In this document: one piece after another, positions 50,374 to 62,724 of the stretch
Layout of the letters: the number at the start of each line of letters is the position of its first letter
Numbering within the stretch: position 1 is the stretch's first letter
Assembly: GCA_001599295.1 (NCBI GenBank)
Contig: BCGN01000003.1
Span: forward strand, 1 to 64,000
Source: Sporopachydermia quercuum
Lineage: Eukaryota
Reading direction: 5' to 3'
DNA: 64,000 bases
Program-made: the position numbers and the translations under genes
The notes under the pieces: model-generated
The model's database searches: none
What the model was told of the DNA's origin: nothing
The model's input: only the letters and a program-made list of their open reading frames with translations

Positions 50374-52995
50374 GAATATATGTGGAGGTAAGTAGATGAG
50401 TAGCTTGAGGGCACCTAGTATTGTAGTCAATAACTTAACAATGTATAAAGAAATCAAAGCAAATGAATACTATAGACTAATCACATTTTCTCCAAGTAGC
50501 AGTATAATATCAGCTAGGTAGAAAGTATAAATTAATAAGACCATNAAAACCAATTGATTCATTTAACAATAAGAATTCATATATTTTCGTATTTTTCTTT
50601 CTTTCTTCCTCATTTTTCTTTATTCTTATGATTTTATTATTTTATTATAATTGAAAACGGTGATGTATCCGTAGAAGTGTGACTATCAAATAAATCAAGA
50701 AAACTTAACCAAAGAGTTCAGTAGAATAAATTGTGGACTACGTATAATTGTGTAAGAAAGGCGCCGCGTTTGACAATTCTTGTAAGAATGAATGTTTGGT
50801 CTCTCGTTGTTAAGAAAAACAACAATTCTACACCTACTTTTCTGTTTAATTGTATGATTTTCAGTTTTTGATTTCTAGTTTGAAGCATACATTCCTTACT
50901 TTCTTCATTCACGTATGCTTCTCGAAGTTTTCCATTTTGTCAATCGGGAGAATGATGTCAGAGACTGGTCCTCCACTATTGAACTTTCCTGCTTTCCGGT
51001 ACCCCAGAATTGGGTACTCTACTTAATACGCCAGAAATCTAACACAGCAAAACTCAAGCAAACATAAATTTTAGAACCTTATCTCTTCTTCTTGCTATTT
51101 TTCTGTTATTGTTATAGCTTTTCACATTTTTTAAATATGCAACTGTCAGTATCAATTAAGGTCCCAGACCAGCATCGAACTACCTAACAACAAGAAGAAC
51201 AATCTCCTTACTTTCTACATAACTTCCTCAAGAATGTCAGGAGTATTTGTTCTGTATAGTAAAACAAAATCTGCCTGTCATATCCGCGAAATATTGTTGT
51301 TCAAGAAATATTTTTTTTTCTTTTTCATTATGCAATCGGGGTAGATTGATTCATTTATGTTGTAGACAAAATGACTATGATAAGCTAAATAACTTTTAGC
51401 AAGTAACTCGTACGAGAGAAAAGAAATTAAGATTTAAAGTTACTTTTGCAATCAGCTTAAACTTAATCTTAAGCTTTGGGAAAACCAGGCTTAAACCTCC
51501 TGGTTAACATATGGGGAAGTAGTAGACGGATTATCTGGAGAAGTTTACTTGAGATTTGTTCTAAAAATAGATATACAACCTAATAAATGGATGAAAATCG
51601 ATGAGATCAAAAACGGGGGTCAATATACTCTGTATACTCCTAATATTCCACATACAGCTTCTGTTTCTTATATTAAAAATCATGATTTTAGTATAAAAGT
51701 GACTAAATATGAACTGAAATATGACTGTTTATTGCTGCCGAGAACTACTGTCCATTGATCATATTTCGTTCGTACTAAGTTGCACAGAGGTGAGAAAAAA
51801 TAGTTCTCTCNCTCAACTTTATTTACCCACGACGCTAAAAAACATTAGGTTGCTTGCCTGTTCAGTATAGACGAAACTTCTCTGCGCTTGACTAACTACC
51901 CTCTCGTCGTTCTTCACCATTCTTATATATGTTTGTTCTGGTTTGGTGGTGATAAGATGCTAAATAAATAGTTGAATGTTCAAGTACCGATCAATAGATT
52001 ATTTTCAGATATTTACATTTTTCTGTATGCCTGACTTTACCCAATGCACTGCGAGTAAACAGCTTTCCTCTTTAACATCTCCATTTAAGAAGTACTAACG
52101 CTGTACACATTATATCAATTCTTCAAATTACCTTCTCTCGCTCCAGTTCAGCATTTACTTGCATATATTTGTGTGCATGTTCTTGTTTCAATACAATGCT
52201 CTTCCATTATGTCTTCCCGAATCAGGGTTATTGTCTCAACATAAGATTTGGAACTGTTTATATGAAACTGCGACATGAATTATCAATCAGGGTCGAGCAA
52301 GTGTGTCAATTGTCCAGCTCTGTTTAGATCGGTATAGAAAGAAGTCAGTGTAAATAATAGTTACTTCATTATCACCCTTGGTTGCCTAACCTTGTTTGCT
52401 CAAAGTGTTGGATTTAAAATCTTACTACTTTTTTCTTTGACAATTTGGTCTGGTTTTAGGTATTATTGAGGCGACAGATTTGGTGGAATTTGCTGAAAGA
52501 TTTAGTATCTCAATATGCATGATTCTGCGCAATTATTTATTTATGCATAAAAAATACTTATCCTNATGCAAACACCCATAAATGTTCAAACCATATTTAG
52601 CTCACTTAATCTTGGGGCTTTTTACCACTGATGCTCCATAACATCTATCCTCTCTACTAGACTAACTAGTTATCAAAATCTTTTCAATAAACGCTACAAT
52701 CTTCTGTCGAATACTTTCAAAGTGACCTTTTATTTGCTAAAATATATATATCATCCAGCGGAGTGTCTAATGTATGACTTGCATAAATCATTGCTTGGTT
52801 TTGTTCGAATAAAAATTCACCGTTAGATAGTTCACAGATATAGCATCATTCATTATTTTCAGCAAGACTGTTTATATATATGTTTATGTTCATGTTTGTG
52901 CTTATGTTTATCATCATATAACAGCAAGTGAATTAATTTAATGAACCCTCTGCGACAGAAATAACCAGTAAAACTGTTTATACACGATAGAAATA

Positions 52996-54909
52996 ATGGG
53001 AAGACGGAAAATTGAAATTAAACCTCTAACTGATGAGAGGAATAGGTCAGTGTAAGTATTCTTTCGTATGCCATGCACAATATGCATACCACAATATGCC
53101 GTTACAATATGCTATGTTACTAGTTGATAGTTATTGATGTCTTATTTTTTACTCATATTCTGCGAGTATTAACCAATTACTAACTCTCTTAGAACTTTTC
53201 TCAAGAGAAAAGCTGGACTGTTCAAAAAAGCTCATGAATTAGCAGTACTCTGTCAAGTAGACTTGGCAGTAGTAATCTTTGCAAATAATGAAAAACTATA
53301 CGAATACACTACTATGCCCCACAATGAATTGATCTCCAGGTACCAAACAGCTATACCGCAGGAGCAAAAACATCAAGGTGGTTTTGATAAAGCTTATGAG
53401 AATGAAAACAATGACAACGACAATGACAATGACAATGATTACGATGCATCGCGGTTTGAGAGCCCTGAAGTAGAATCAGAAACCAGGAAAGAGAAACGGC
53501 CTCTGAGCCGAAATCTCAATGCTGGAGGGCCTTCAGCGCATAAACGTTCTAAGTCAGGTGCTTCTGGAAGGTCACAGGGCTACTCTGGTCAACAGCAGCG
53601 AGGACAGCAACCGGGGTCAGTGATACCTGGAACAGGATCATACGGTATGGAAACTAGCAAACAAAATAGAGCAAACATAACCACAAGTTCAAATGTTTCT
53701 GGAAATGCTTCAAGGACTCCTTCAAGTATTACTACTTCCAACAATTCTACATCAATATCCACTACTTCCTTGGCCCCAGGAAAACCTTCTTTGCCACAAA
53801 TGCATCCTGAATCAAATCCTCCACAATTCACGAACAGATTTGTTCCATCCTTAGCCCCATTGAGTACAAATAGCTTAGCTACTTCTCTAATGGTGAATAA
53901 CAGCAAGAGTAAACCCCATCAGCAAGCAGGAAACAGTACATCTCAACGCCCACGGCTGAAAGTGCAGATTCCGGGCCTTCGCCAGGATTTGGGCCCTGTA
54001 ATGCTAGATTCTGGGGACAATCAGACGTCTTTAGGCAGTGGAGATGGAAACAGTGCTGGGGCAGATGATCTCGTGCACAATGGAGGAAACAGCACTGGAG
54101 GAATTGACTCTTCGGGAGGCCCAGAAACCAACTCAGGGAACGTTTCGACTCCAGTTTCTGGCGGAGGTATCATGACCAATAGCTACTTTCTGCCCAACCA
54201 GCAATCGCCATCATTGAACAGTGGGATCAGTTCTGCTATTCTGCGGTCCCAGTTTTTCCCCAACTCCGCCAACGGGTTTATAGATACGTCTGGTCAAACT
54301 CTCGTGCAGAATTCCAACAGTTCCGGCGGGAACATAATGCCAGGACAGCCCCAGCAAGTTCAGAATGCTAGCCTGACCATGCAACAGCTTCATCAGATAC
54401 AACATCTTCAACAGCTGCAGACCCATCAGTCACAGCAAACACCTTTGAGTGCGTTGCCCAGCAGATATGTAACAGAAAATCTGCCATCGCCATTAAACTA
54501 CTATAACGATTGGAGCATTCCATTTGGTTCGGCAGCACCAAGCGCAGGGCCCAACTCTACGGGGATGTCTTTCAATAATGCCTTTGTGCAACATTCACGC
54601 GGCGGTTTGCCGTTAGACTCTCTGAATTCTCCTTTGCAATCAGGNATGATGACTGGGTTTCCTGAGGTTCGGAATTCTCCTTTGGTGACTTCGTTTCAAG
54701 AGCGCAAGCCGGATGGAACTGTTGGGACTGGCGGTACAGGAAATGTACCGGGAGGTACTGGAACGGGCCCTGGCTCTGCGCTAGGAACAAATAACTCATC
54801 TGCCTCAGCTGCTGCAGGATCAGGGAACTCAGGATCACCGGGCCCAGGAAATAGTAATAGAAATAGCAAGGATGATGAATCAAACGGAGAGATGGAACAT
54901 AAAAGATGA
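52996..54909 (+). CDS. RLM1: MEF2-type MADS-box transcription factor, 2 exons (52996-53051, 53193-54909; ~590 aa)
   Basis: Exon 1 gives [19 protein letters not shown]. The intron GTAAGT...TACTAAC...TAG (53052-53192) joins it in frame to [20 protein letters not shown]. Rlm1-type RPRLKVQIP and [10 protein letters not shown] motifs follow. Confidence 0.9.
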
Positions 54910-55390
54910 CAGGAAAAGAACCGAAAGAACAAGAGGATTAAAATACAGGGAAAATACAAGCTTGAAGAATATGTACTTTACATTGGGAATCGATTTGGTT
55001 GTAATTGTAGTTGTAATCATATTTCAGTCGTGCTGTTTATTATTAGTTTGAGTGGTAGTTTTAGTACTAGTTTTATTTTGTGAANTTAGGTGTTTTTATA
55101 GAGATTTGGGAGATAATGGAAGTATGAAATTCAGAGAGAAAAGATGATTTATTTAGATTGGACCATAAGGTAGTAGGATAATGTAGTACTAGTATGATAG
55201 TACCATATGGCAATATGATAGTTTGCTCTTAAATGTATGATGGATGTGATTAGTCTGGTTTGCTAGATTATAAACGTTAATGATAAACAGTACGATAGCG
55301 CAGTAACATAAAAGTTACAACAGCAATGAATACATAATTATGGATTAACGTCATTAATCCCATTATATTCTTATAAAACAAAAATCAGCT

Positions 55391-55651
55391 AACCATTTTG
55401 AGTGATCTACTGAGTGTGATATTCAGTTTCTTNCACTAAATATAGAATTTCTCGCCTGAGTTGAATCTAGGAAAGTCTAACAGCTCATCACCGCTCATGT
55501 GCAATTAATGATGAGGCGAACAGTTCGTGGGCGAGATAATGAGTATATCTACCATCGTGAAGATAGTCATCGTCGTTTATTTGGTAAAATCAGAGTCGAT
55601 GGCGTATTTGAGGGTCTTGTTTAACGAAAGCTATTAGCATGATTAACATTT
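55391..55651 (+). ncRNA. Candidate structured ncRNA, box H/ACA snoRNA-like
   Basis: A 5' hairpin is followed by ANANNA (ATAGAA 55442-55447), then a multibranch stem, then a basal stem TAGTCAT/ATGATTA directly before ACATTT (55646-55651). A TATA-like sequence lies at ~55371. Folded by eye only. Confidence 0.45.
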
Positions 55652-55789
55652 TCATCAATAATNCTAATGGATATTATACCAACAGCGAATACTAAACACT
55701 CCTATATAAACTACCCTTTTCTATCATTATTAGACTATTTATCTACATATTAAAATCTCATCCTTAACAACCCAGCAGAACTCGTCAAA

Positions 55790-56605
55790 TTATTTTTGAG
55801 GTTGCTTAGTGTATCTAAGGTAAGGCTTGACTTGCTTGAAATCACCGAACTTCTTCTTGGCATCTNCATTAGAAACAGTTGGTGGGATTATAACATCTTG
55901 ACCATCAGTCCAGTTAACAGGAGTGGCTATTCCGTTGGCATCGGCAACTTGTAAAGCTTCAACAACTCTCAAAACTTCAGCAGAGTTACGGCCAGTAGAT
56001 GCAGGATAAGTCATAGTGAGTCTGACCTTTTTAGCAGGATCAATAACAAAGACAGATCTCACAGTGAAAGCAACTTCTCCTTTAGTGAGCTTCTCAAATC
56101 CAGCTTGATCAACCATATCATATAAAAAGGCAACCTTACCGTCATCAGCAATGATAGGGTAGGTGAACTTCTTACCGTGGGAAGTAGTTTCTTCGATGTC
56201 TTTGATCCAATCTTTGTGAGATTGAACCGGATCAACACTGAGAGCAATCATCTTGGTGTTGAGTTTGTCAAATTCTTCCTTCAAGGAAGCAAAAGCTCCT
56301 AATTCTGTAGTGCATACTGGTGTGAAATCAGCAGGATGAGAGAACAAAACGCACCAGGAGTCACCAATATAGTCGTGGAAATCGATCTTTCCAACTGAGC
56401 TTTCAGCAGTGAAGTCGGGAGCAGTACCGCCGATACGTAGTCTTGGTTGTTCTTCAGCCTTCAAAAAGAGAAATCTTTTGGCGGCAGAAGGAGTAGTGAA
56501 GACTGATTTCTTGTTGGCTAATTGTTTTGCACAGCTAGGAGTAAAAGATCTAGCTGAACGTAAAGAAGAAGCTCTGATGGCGTTACGTAAGTTGGAAGCG
56601 AACAT
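55790..56605 (-). CDS. PRX1: Mitochondrial 1-Cys peroxiredoxin
   Basis: FSHPADFTPVCTTELG active site, YPASTGRN, and an Arg/Ser-rich N-terminal presequence. Confidence 0.93.
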   Translation of the reverse strand: MFASNLRNAIRASSLRSARSFTPSCAKQLANKKSVFTTPSAAKRFLFLKAEEQPRLRIGGTAPDFTAESSVGKIDFHDYIGDSWCVLFSHPADFTPVCTTELGAFASLKEEFDKLNTKMIALSVDPVQSHKDWIKDIEETTSHGKKFTYPIIADDGKVAFLYDMVDQAGFEKLTKGEVAFTVRSVFVIDPAKKVRLTMTYPASTGRNSAEVLRVVEALQVADANGIATPVNWTDGQDVIIPPTVSNXDAKKKFGDFKQVKPYLRYTKQPQK

Positions 56606-57726
56606 CTTGGTCTTGTTAATAGATAGTCTGGTGATCGATCAATATAGAAATCTGTCAATCTAGCCTTCTGTTGATATTTTGAATGTTATTGCTGAGCGAA
56701 ACTACAAACAGATGGTTGCGGTTTGTGGCTTGGGGTTTGTAATTTATAATTTGTTAGTATAAATTGGCGCAAAAGCAATTGAGATGGATGTTTGCGGAAA
56801 CTAGGCATTGGTGCTCTAGTGGCCCTGAAATGGGACATGAAAGCCTAAAGCACCAAACGCAGGGTAAGTATGTAGGGTAAGTTGAGAGACCGAAACTAAG
56901 CAATGAGTGATTGAGCGATGAATAGCGGAGAATTATGAATGAACATTAGTAAAAAGCTATTGAAATTATATTAGAAAATGGTAGAATAGTGATTTACTCA
57001 GTCNCAAGTTCTATAGAATTCTCCAACTCTATGAGTAGAAAAGAAAACAACTGAAGAAAACACCAACGCCTATGCCTGGGGTCATTCTCAAGACCGGTAT
57101 GGAACCGCTTACTAGATTTGACTTCATAGAATTATTCTTTTTATAGCCGATAAGATGGCATAATTGCAGGGATTTTCATAGCTTTTCTGTCTTATCAAGA
57201 TTAATAAACATGCTCATATTGTGTTGAATATCCGAAAGTAAAGAATAAAGTTTCAATTCATGATTCATGATTAAAACCAGTATTATTATGTAGGCTACAA
57301 GGCAGTACTGGGACACTGATTTCTGCAATACGTTGAAGATACGTATTAATAAAATATAGCTGAAACACTAATATTTATCCTAGCAACAATCTGGATTTAG
57401 GTGAATACAAATATCATTAAAAAAAAAATCAGAATCAAAGGTTTGTTTCAATGGCTCTACCATTGGCAAGACCTATTTCAACAATCATGCACACTCCTGC
57501 ACTATCCTGCATAATATGATAAACCTTAATGTTACCCAATTAGGCACCGCTACTGTTTTCCTCATTCCTATTCAGGAAAGTATCCACAAACTCAATACTC
57601 TCATTTCTCCTCCTACAATAAACAATAATCTCGTTCTTCTTCTTCATTACCGTTTTATGTCTTATTTTCCTGCCGGTTTGCCTCAATCAACACTTCCAGT
57701 TCATCCAAACACCAGCCGGCTACACG

Positions 57727-57732
57727 ACGCGT
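57727..57732. promoter_or_regulatory. MCB element (ACGCGT) upstream of kinesin-5
   Basis: Single exact MluI box ~140 bp upstream of ATG 57871, consistent with G1/S expression of spindle genes. Confidence 0.45.
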
Positions 57733-57870
57733 CTGTATTTCTATCTACGTGCCTGCCGCGGACACCAAAGTCACCCTTTTCTCTTGCGAGTGTACCAACA
57801 TCTAACATCTCACATCTCGATATTCACATTTATATTAACATTTACGTACTAATTTCTACATATATTTACA

Positions 57871-60800
57871 ATGGCTGGCGCTTCTAGAAGCTCACATTAC
57901 GCTTCGGGAACTGCAAAAGGCCCCAAATACTCCCTGCCGGCGAACGGAACCTCGGGACATCGGAAATCCACCTACCAACTGGGGAAATCTCGGCAGACGC
58001 TGACTGAGATTTCAGCGTTTCCCCCCAGACAACCTGCCAACTCCGCCCTAACTAATTCGGCCAACCCCACCAACCCCGTGCCCTCGGAATCAAACATCCA
58101 TGTCTACGTCCGCTGCCGCGGCAGAAATGACAGGGAAATATCAGAAAACTCCGCAGTGGTTGTTACCACAAAAGGCATAAACCAAAAGGAAATCACTTTA
58201 CAAACAACTGCCGCGGCTAATTCAACTACCATCCCAAATAGCACAACTAAAACCTACACTTTTGACGGTGTATTTGGCCCAGAAAGTAACCAGGAAATGC
58301 TCTATGAAGGTGTGGCGGCAAATGTGCTCAAAGAGATGCTCCAGGGCTACAATTGTACCATTTTCGCCTACGGCCAAACCGGAACCGGGAAAACATACAC
58401 CATGTCGGGCGATTTGGCTGAAATTTCCGAACTCGCCGCCCTCAACTCCCTATCCTCGACTAATCTTCCCATTTCCGCGGGTATCATCCCCAGAACCCTC
58501 CATAATCTCTTCCATAGCCTTGGCAAATCCGCCTCCCAGCCGGAATATTCAGTAAAAGTCTCTTTCATCGAACTCTACAACGAAGAACTGAAAGATCTTT
58601 TGGCCCCGCCGGGGGCAGAAGATAGAAAAGTCCGCATCTACGACGACTCCTCCAACAGAAACAAAGACCAAAGCAAAGGCTCCATCACTGTGCAGGGCAT
58701 GGAGGAAATATATATCTCCTCGGCAGCGGAGGGCCTCTATTTGCTCCAGCAGGGGTCCCTCCGACGGCAGGTAGCCGCCACGCAGTGCAACGATCTCTCC
58801 TCGCGATCCCATTCTGTTTTCACTATCACGGCGCATCTGAAGGAAGCTGTGCCGGGAGGAGAGGATGTCCTTCGGGTCGGGAAGCTGAATCTGGTCGATC
58901 TCGCGGGCTCCGAAAATATTAACCGGTCCGGAGCCGAGAATAAACGCGCCAGAGAGGCTGGATTAATCAATCAGAGTCTCCTGACGCTGGGCCGGGTGAT
59001 CAACGCCCTGGTTGACAAATCCCCGCACATCCCATATCGGGAGTCCAAGCTGACCCGACTGCTGCAGGACTCGCTGGGCGGGCGCACGAAAACTTGCATC
59101 ATTGCCACCGTGTCGCCGGCAAAAGTTAGTCTGGAGGAAACGCTGAGCACGCTGGAGTATGCGAACCGCGCAAAGTCCATTAAAAACAAACCGCAGCAGA
59201 ACCAGAGCCTGTCGCGGAAAACAGTACTCCGGGAGTTCGTGGGAGAAATTGAACGACTGCGGAATGACCTGGCGGCCGCTCGGAGCAAAAATGGAGTGTA
59301 TCTGGCCCAGGAAACGTATACAGAGCTAATGGCAGAGTCGGAGAGCCGCAGGGTGCATGCGGAAGAGTTGAAGCTGCAGCAGCAAGGGCTAGAGGAGCAN
59401 TTGCGGCGGACGAAGCTGGAGGCGGCGGGCCAGGCCCAGGAGCTTGCCCGTGCACAGAAAATGCTGGTCCGCACAGAGGAACTGCTTGCGGGTAAACAGG
59501 TACTGTTGGAAGAGACGCAGGCCGAGCTCGTGGGGGCCAATAAGAATCTGGAACAGGAGAAAATTGTGTGCGCAGCACACGTGGAAACCGAAGTAAAACT
59601 GCACGGTGTTGTACAGCAACTGAGGACGCTGTTGGAGAATGCCGTGCAGGATATCAACTTGCTGCAGGAATCCGTGGCAGGGAAGCAGAAACTGGAAACA
59701 GAAAACGTCGCTGGGACACAGGAATTGCAGAGTTCCGTGCTCCAGTCCGCCAACAGCGCCGCAGCGCATCTTGCTCGTGCCCTCGTTGCCGTAGACACCT
59801 TCCAAACAGAATCCACTACTGGAACACAAGAAATTGCCCGCATAGCACAGGACCACAGCANAACGTCAGGCGAGCTGGTAGAAAGTTCCCGAATACAAAC
59901 TGACGCCCTGTTTTCCAGTCTTCACCAGAAAATTTCTTCCAGCACCGCAGAGCTGGCCACCCGTGCACAAGAACTCCGCCGGGCACAGGAAACTCTGCAA
60001 CAGGATATTGGGTCAGACATGGCCCAAATGGTTTCCGCAACAGAAGCCCTGGCCCAGAACACAACCGATGGCATACAGGATCTTCGCACCGGAGTGCAGC
60101 TAGCGTTCAACCAGCTGGGCAAACAGTTCCGCACTCTTATTGCAAATTTCCAGCAGGAGTTGGTCCAGCAAACAGAAACCATCGAATCTCTGCACGGGAA
60201 ACTGGCCCTATCCGCACGGGAAGCAGAATCCTTGGCCCAGGAGAACCAAAAGCTAGTACAGCGGCTATTTGCAGCCCAGAACCAGGAAACAGAGGCCTCC
60301 GCAGAAACCCTTGCGGCTGACATCGCCCAAGAGGTTGCGGCGATCACCGCTCGCGCGGTGGAAACATTTGCGACGCAGAGAAAATCCCGTTTGCGGGAAA
60401 CAGAAACCCTTGTAGCGGACAGGCTCCGTACCTCCCAGGAAACGGTTTCCGCCGCCCATAGCAACTCCACGGCGGCTGCAGCAGCTTGGATTGCCCACAG
60501 CAAACAATATCAAGCCGATATCCACATGGCGAAAACAGAACTGAAGCAGGAACTCGTCGCCGCGCACAGGAACCTCGACACGGAAATCGCGCGCGCACAG
60601 GAGTCCACTACCGCCCAGCATACGGCCCGCCTGAAAACTCTTGCCAGCCAGGCCGTCCGCTGGCACGAAGAACTGAACTCCCTGTTGCATCAAGCTTCTC
60701 TCCTGCAAACAGACTCCCAAACCTCCGCCCACGCCGTAGGAGACTCCGTCAGCGGTATCCAAGCAACTATGCACGACCAGCAGGACCAGTTGGTGCGCCA

Positions 60801-61383
60801 AATTGAATCCCACACGGCAGAAATGAGAAACCAGCTGCAAAGTATCGATGGACTTAAAAACACCTTCTTACAAGGATATAAAGGTACCGTTACAGCATTA
60901 GAGGAAGAACTGCTTGTAGTGAAGCAGGAAATAGACAATTACACGTTCGCTGTTGATAACAGAGAAGCAGTTGAAGTAGGGCAGTATGCTATGCCGGGGG
61001 CTGTTCCCCGCACGTTAAAAAGGAGGGAATTGGTGGGAGATATCTATGATGAAGATGAGTTTAGGGGGATCAGGGAGACCAGGGAGACCAGAGAAAGCAG
61101 TGAAAGCAGAGAAGACAGGGAAAACGATGAGAATACTAGCAGCAAGATTGTTAATGCTGATTCTAATGCCGCTACTCCTGCTTCTTCCACCTCTGCTGCC
61201 CCTGCCACTCCTAGAACTCCTCTAGAACCTATTGCAGTTCCCAATCAAATGCCGAACATGCCGGCCGGTGGCAACGACGGTAAATCGATCACCGCTATCG
61301 CCTCCAACGGCTCAATGCTGCCGCCAGGTTCTAAAAAGAGAGCCGCAAGCGTCACTGGACCAGCCAAAAGGTTCCGCTTGTAA
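57871..61383 (+). CDS. KIP1: Kinesin-5 (BimC family) mitotic motor
   Basis: Motor motifs GQTGTGKT, SSRSH, LNLVDLAGSE, HIPYRESKLTRLLQDSLGG, neck KNGVY and a long coiled-coil stalk. Divergent from PRX1, the same arrangement as S. cerevisiae PRX1-KIP1. Confidence 0.9.
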   Translation: MAGASRSSHYASGTAKGPKYSLPANGTSGHRKSTYQLGKSRQTLTEISAFPPRQPANSALTNSANPTNPVPSESNIHVYVRCRGRNDREISENSAVVVTTKGINQKEITLQTTAAANSTTIPNSTTKTYTFDGVFGPESNQEMLYEGVAANVLKEMLQGYNCTIFAYGQTGTGKTYTMSGDLAEISELAALNSLSSTNLPISAGIIPRTLHNLFHSLGKSASQPEYSVKVSFIELYNEELKDLLAPPGAEDRKVRIYDDSSNRNKDQSKGSITVQGMEEIYISSAAEGLYLLQQGSLRRQVAATQCNDLSSRSHSVFTITAHLKEAVPGGEDVLRVGKLNLVDLAGSENINRSGAENKRAREAGLINQSLLTLGRVINALVDKSPHIPYRESKLTRLLQDSLGGRTKTCIIATVSPAKVSLEETLSTLEYANRAKSIKNKPQQNQSLSRKTVLREFVGEIERLRNDLAAARSKNGVYLAQETYTELMAESESRRVHAEELKLQQQGLEEXLRRTKLEAAGQAQELARAQKMLVRTEELLAGKQVLLEETQAELVGANKNLEQEKIVCAAHVETEVKLHGVVQQLRTLLENAVQDINLLQESVAGKQKLETENVAGTQELQSSVLQSANSAAAHLARALVAVDTFQTESTTGTQEIARIAQDHSXTSGELVESSRIQTDALFSSLHQKISSSTAELATRAQELRRAQETLQQDIGSDMAQMVSATEALAQNTTDGIQDLRTGVQLAFNQLGKQFRTLIANFQQELVQQTETIESLHGKLALSAREAESLAQENQKLVQRLFAAQNQETEASAETLAADIAQEVAAITARAVETFATQRKSRLRETETLVADRLRTSQETVSAAHSNSTAAAAAWIAHSKQYQADIHMAKTELKQELVAAHRNLDTEIARAQESTTAQHTARLKTLASQAVRWHEELNSLLHQASLLQTDSQTSAHAVGDSVSGIQATMHDQQDQLVRQIESHTAEMRNQLQSIDGLKNTFLQGYKGTVTALEEELLVVKQEIDNYTFAVDNREAVEVGQYAMPGAVPRTLKRRELVGDIYDEDEFRGIRETRETRESSESREDRENDENTSSKIVNADSNAATPASSTSAAPATPRTPLEPIAVPNQMPNMPAGGNDGKSITAIASNGSMLPPGSKKRAASVTGPAKRFRL

Positions 61384-62724
61384 TTAACTATGATTATCTA
61401 TCATCAACTATGAGATTTTGTGTAATATACACTGCTTATTGCTGTTCGCGTTCTTGCTCATCGTTTTGTGCATTAAGCCTGAAGAGGCCGTTCTACCGGA
61501 GCCCTATTTATATACCCCAGCTGCAATCGTTCTTGGGGCAGGTTTCCAGGGAGCACAGTTCTGTTATTCACGAGAACAGCAGAGCATATTAATATGGCAG
61601 TAAGAGTCGGTGGTCACTTCGGAAGGTTTCCTGTTGCTTAAGTGCTAGAAGTGGCCTTAAATAAGCGTCAACCTGTTTCCGCTGAGTAAAATACAAACTT
61701 GAACTTTATCCATCTTTTCTCCATCTTTTCTCCATATTTTCTCGTTCAGCCCCGTGAACCCCTTGCAAGACTTCCATGAATGCTCTTGTGTGTCCTCCTG
61801 ATCAATATATCAGCAGTTATATATTCAGGTTAGTAGGCATCCATCGGGATGACTTTTGCCTGTTGAGAGCGCTGAAGAACGTTGCTTATCATCTACTCAA
61901 CACAACTCTCCCTAAGCCAACGAGTATTCGGGCAGTCGGTGGACTGAACGCTTGATACCGTCCAATTCCTAATGATATTGGGTAGAAAGTGAAAGAAAGC
62001 TGTTTGAGAGGGAAAGTATCTACTGTTATCTATTGTATCTATTGTAACTGATAAATGTATTATCAGCTAGAATAGATAATTNTACCTTGCAGTAACTGAT
62101 CATAAAATTGATGTAGTGATAGTGAGAATGATGCTACACGCTTGAGAATTGCCTGGTATCTGTTAATTTCGATAGCGACGTCTGTTTACTGACTTTACAG
62201 CGAATGTTTCATGAAATGAAAACGAATTGAATATTAGAAAGGTGCATTTAATACAGCGAGTGTAATACTGATAATTCCTGCTCTTATTGTTATAATGGTA
62301 AAATCATTACTGGTGCTATGCTATGCTACGAGTATGAATATTAGCCTCGCTGATTAGCAGATCAGGTATTTAATACCGAGAGCTGCGATCTCAGCAGGAA
62401 ATAGCGGTTTCTATAGGTCTTCTCAAGGAACTTATTTGTCTGAGCTTTGGTCCTTGGAAGAGGATATGCGCGAAGCTCATATCTATGTATATTTATGTAG
62501 ATTATAATGTGTATTATATTATCTTTAATTATCGGTACATTCCTCAAAAATTATATGATACCTAAGTNTCATGGCATAAGCTCTTGGTCCATCATCAAAT
62601 AAGGAGTTTGAATTGGTTGTGTCTTTCAACTGATCTATTTTTCTTTTCCTTCATAATTAGCGGATACCCCAACATCATATCTAAGAGTCCTTTAGTTATT
62701 ACGTTGTTACTTATCGACATAACC

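Noticed and set aside
55391..55651. Identification of the ncRNA candidate as snR30/U17, RNase MRP/P or telomerase RNA
   Set aside because: It lacks the snR30 m1/m2 motifs (AUAUUCCUA, and AAACCAU near the 3' end). GGAAAGTC has no matching CR-V partner. There is no template matching the 11-nt terminal repeat.
58870..59080. Possible alternative CUG decoding (Ser or Ala)
   Set aside because: CTG occupies invariant Leu positions in LNLVDLAGSE and KLTRLLQDSLGG, and aligns with TTG/CTT among the JLP1 paralogs.
58262..61244. Numerous overlapping antisense/alternate-frame ORFs up to 290 aa inside the kinesin gene
   Set aside because: They are by-products of GC-rich coding sequence with few stops, and they show no recognisable motifs.
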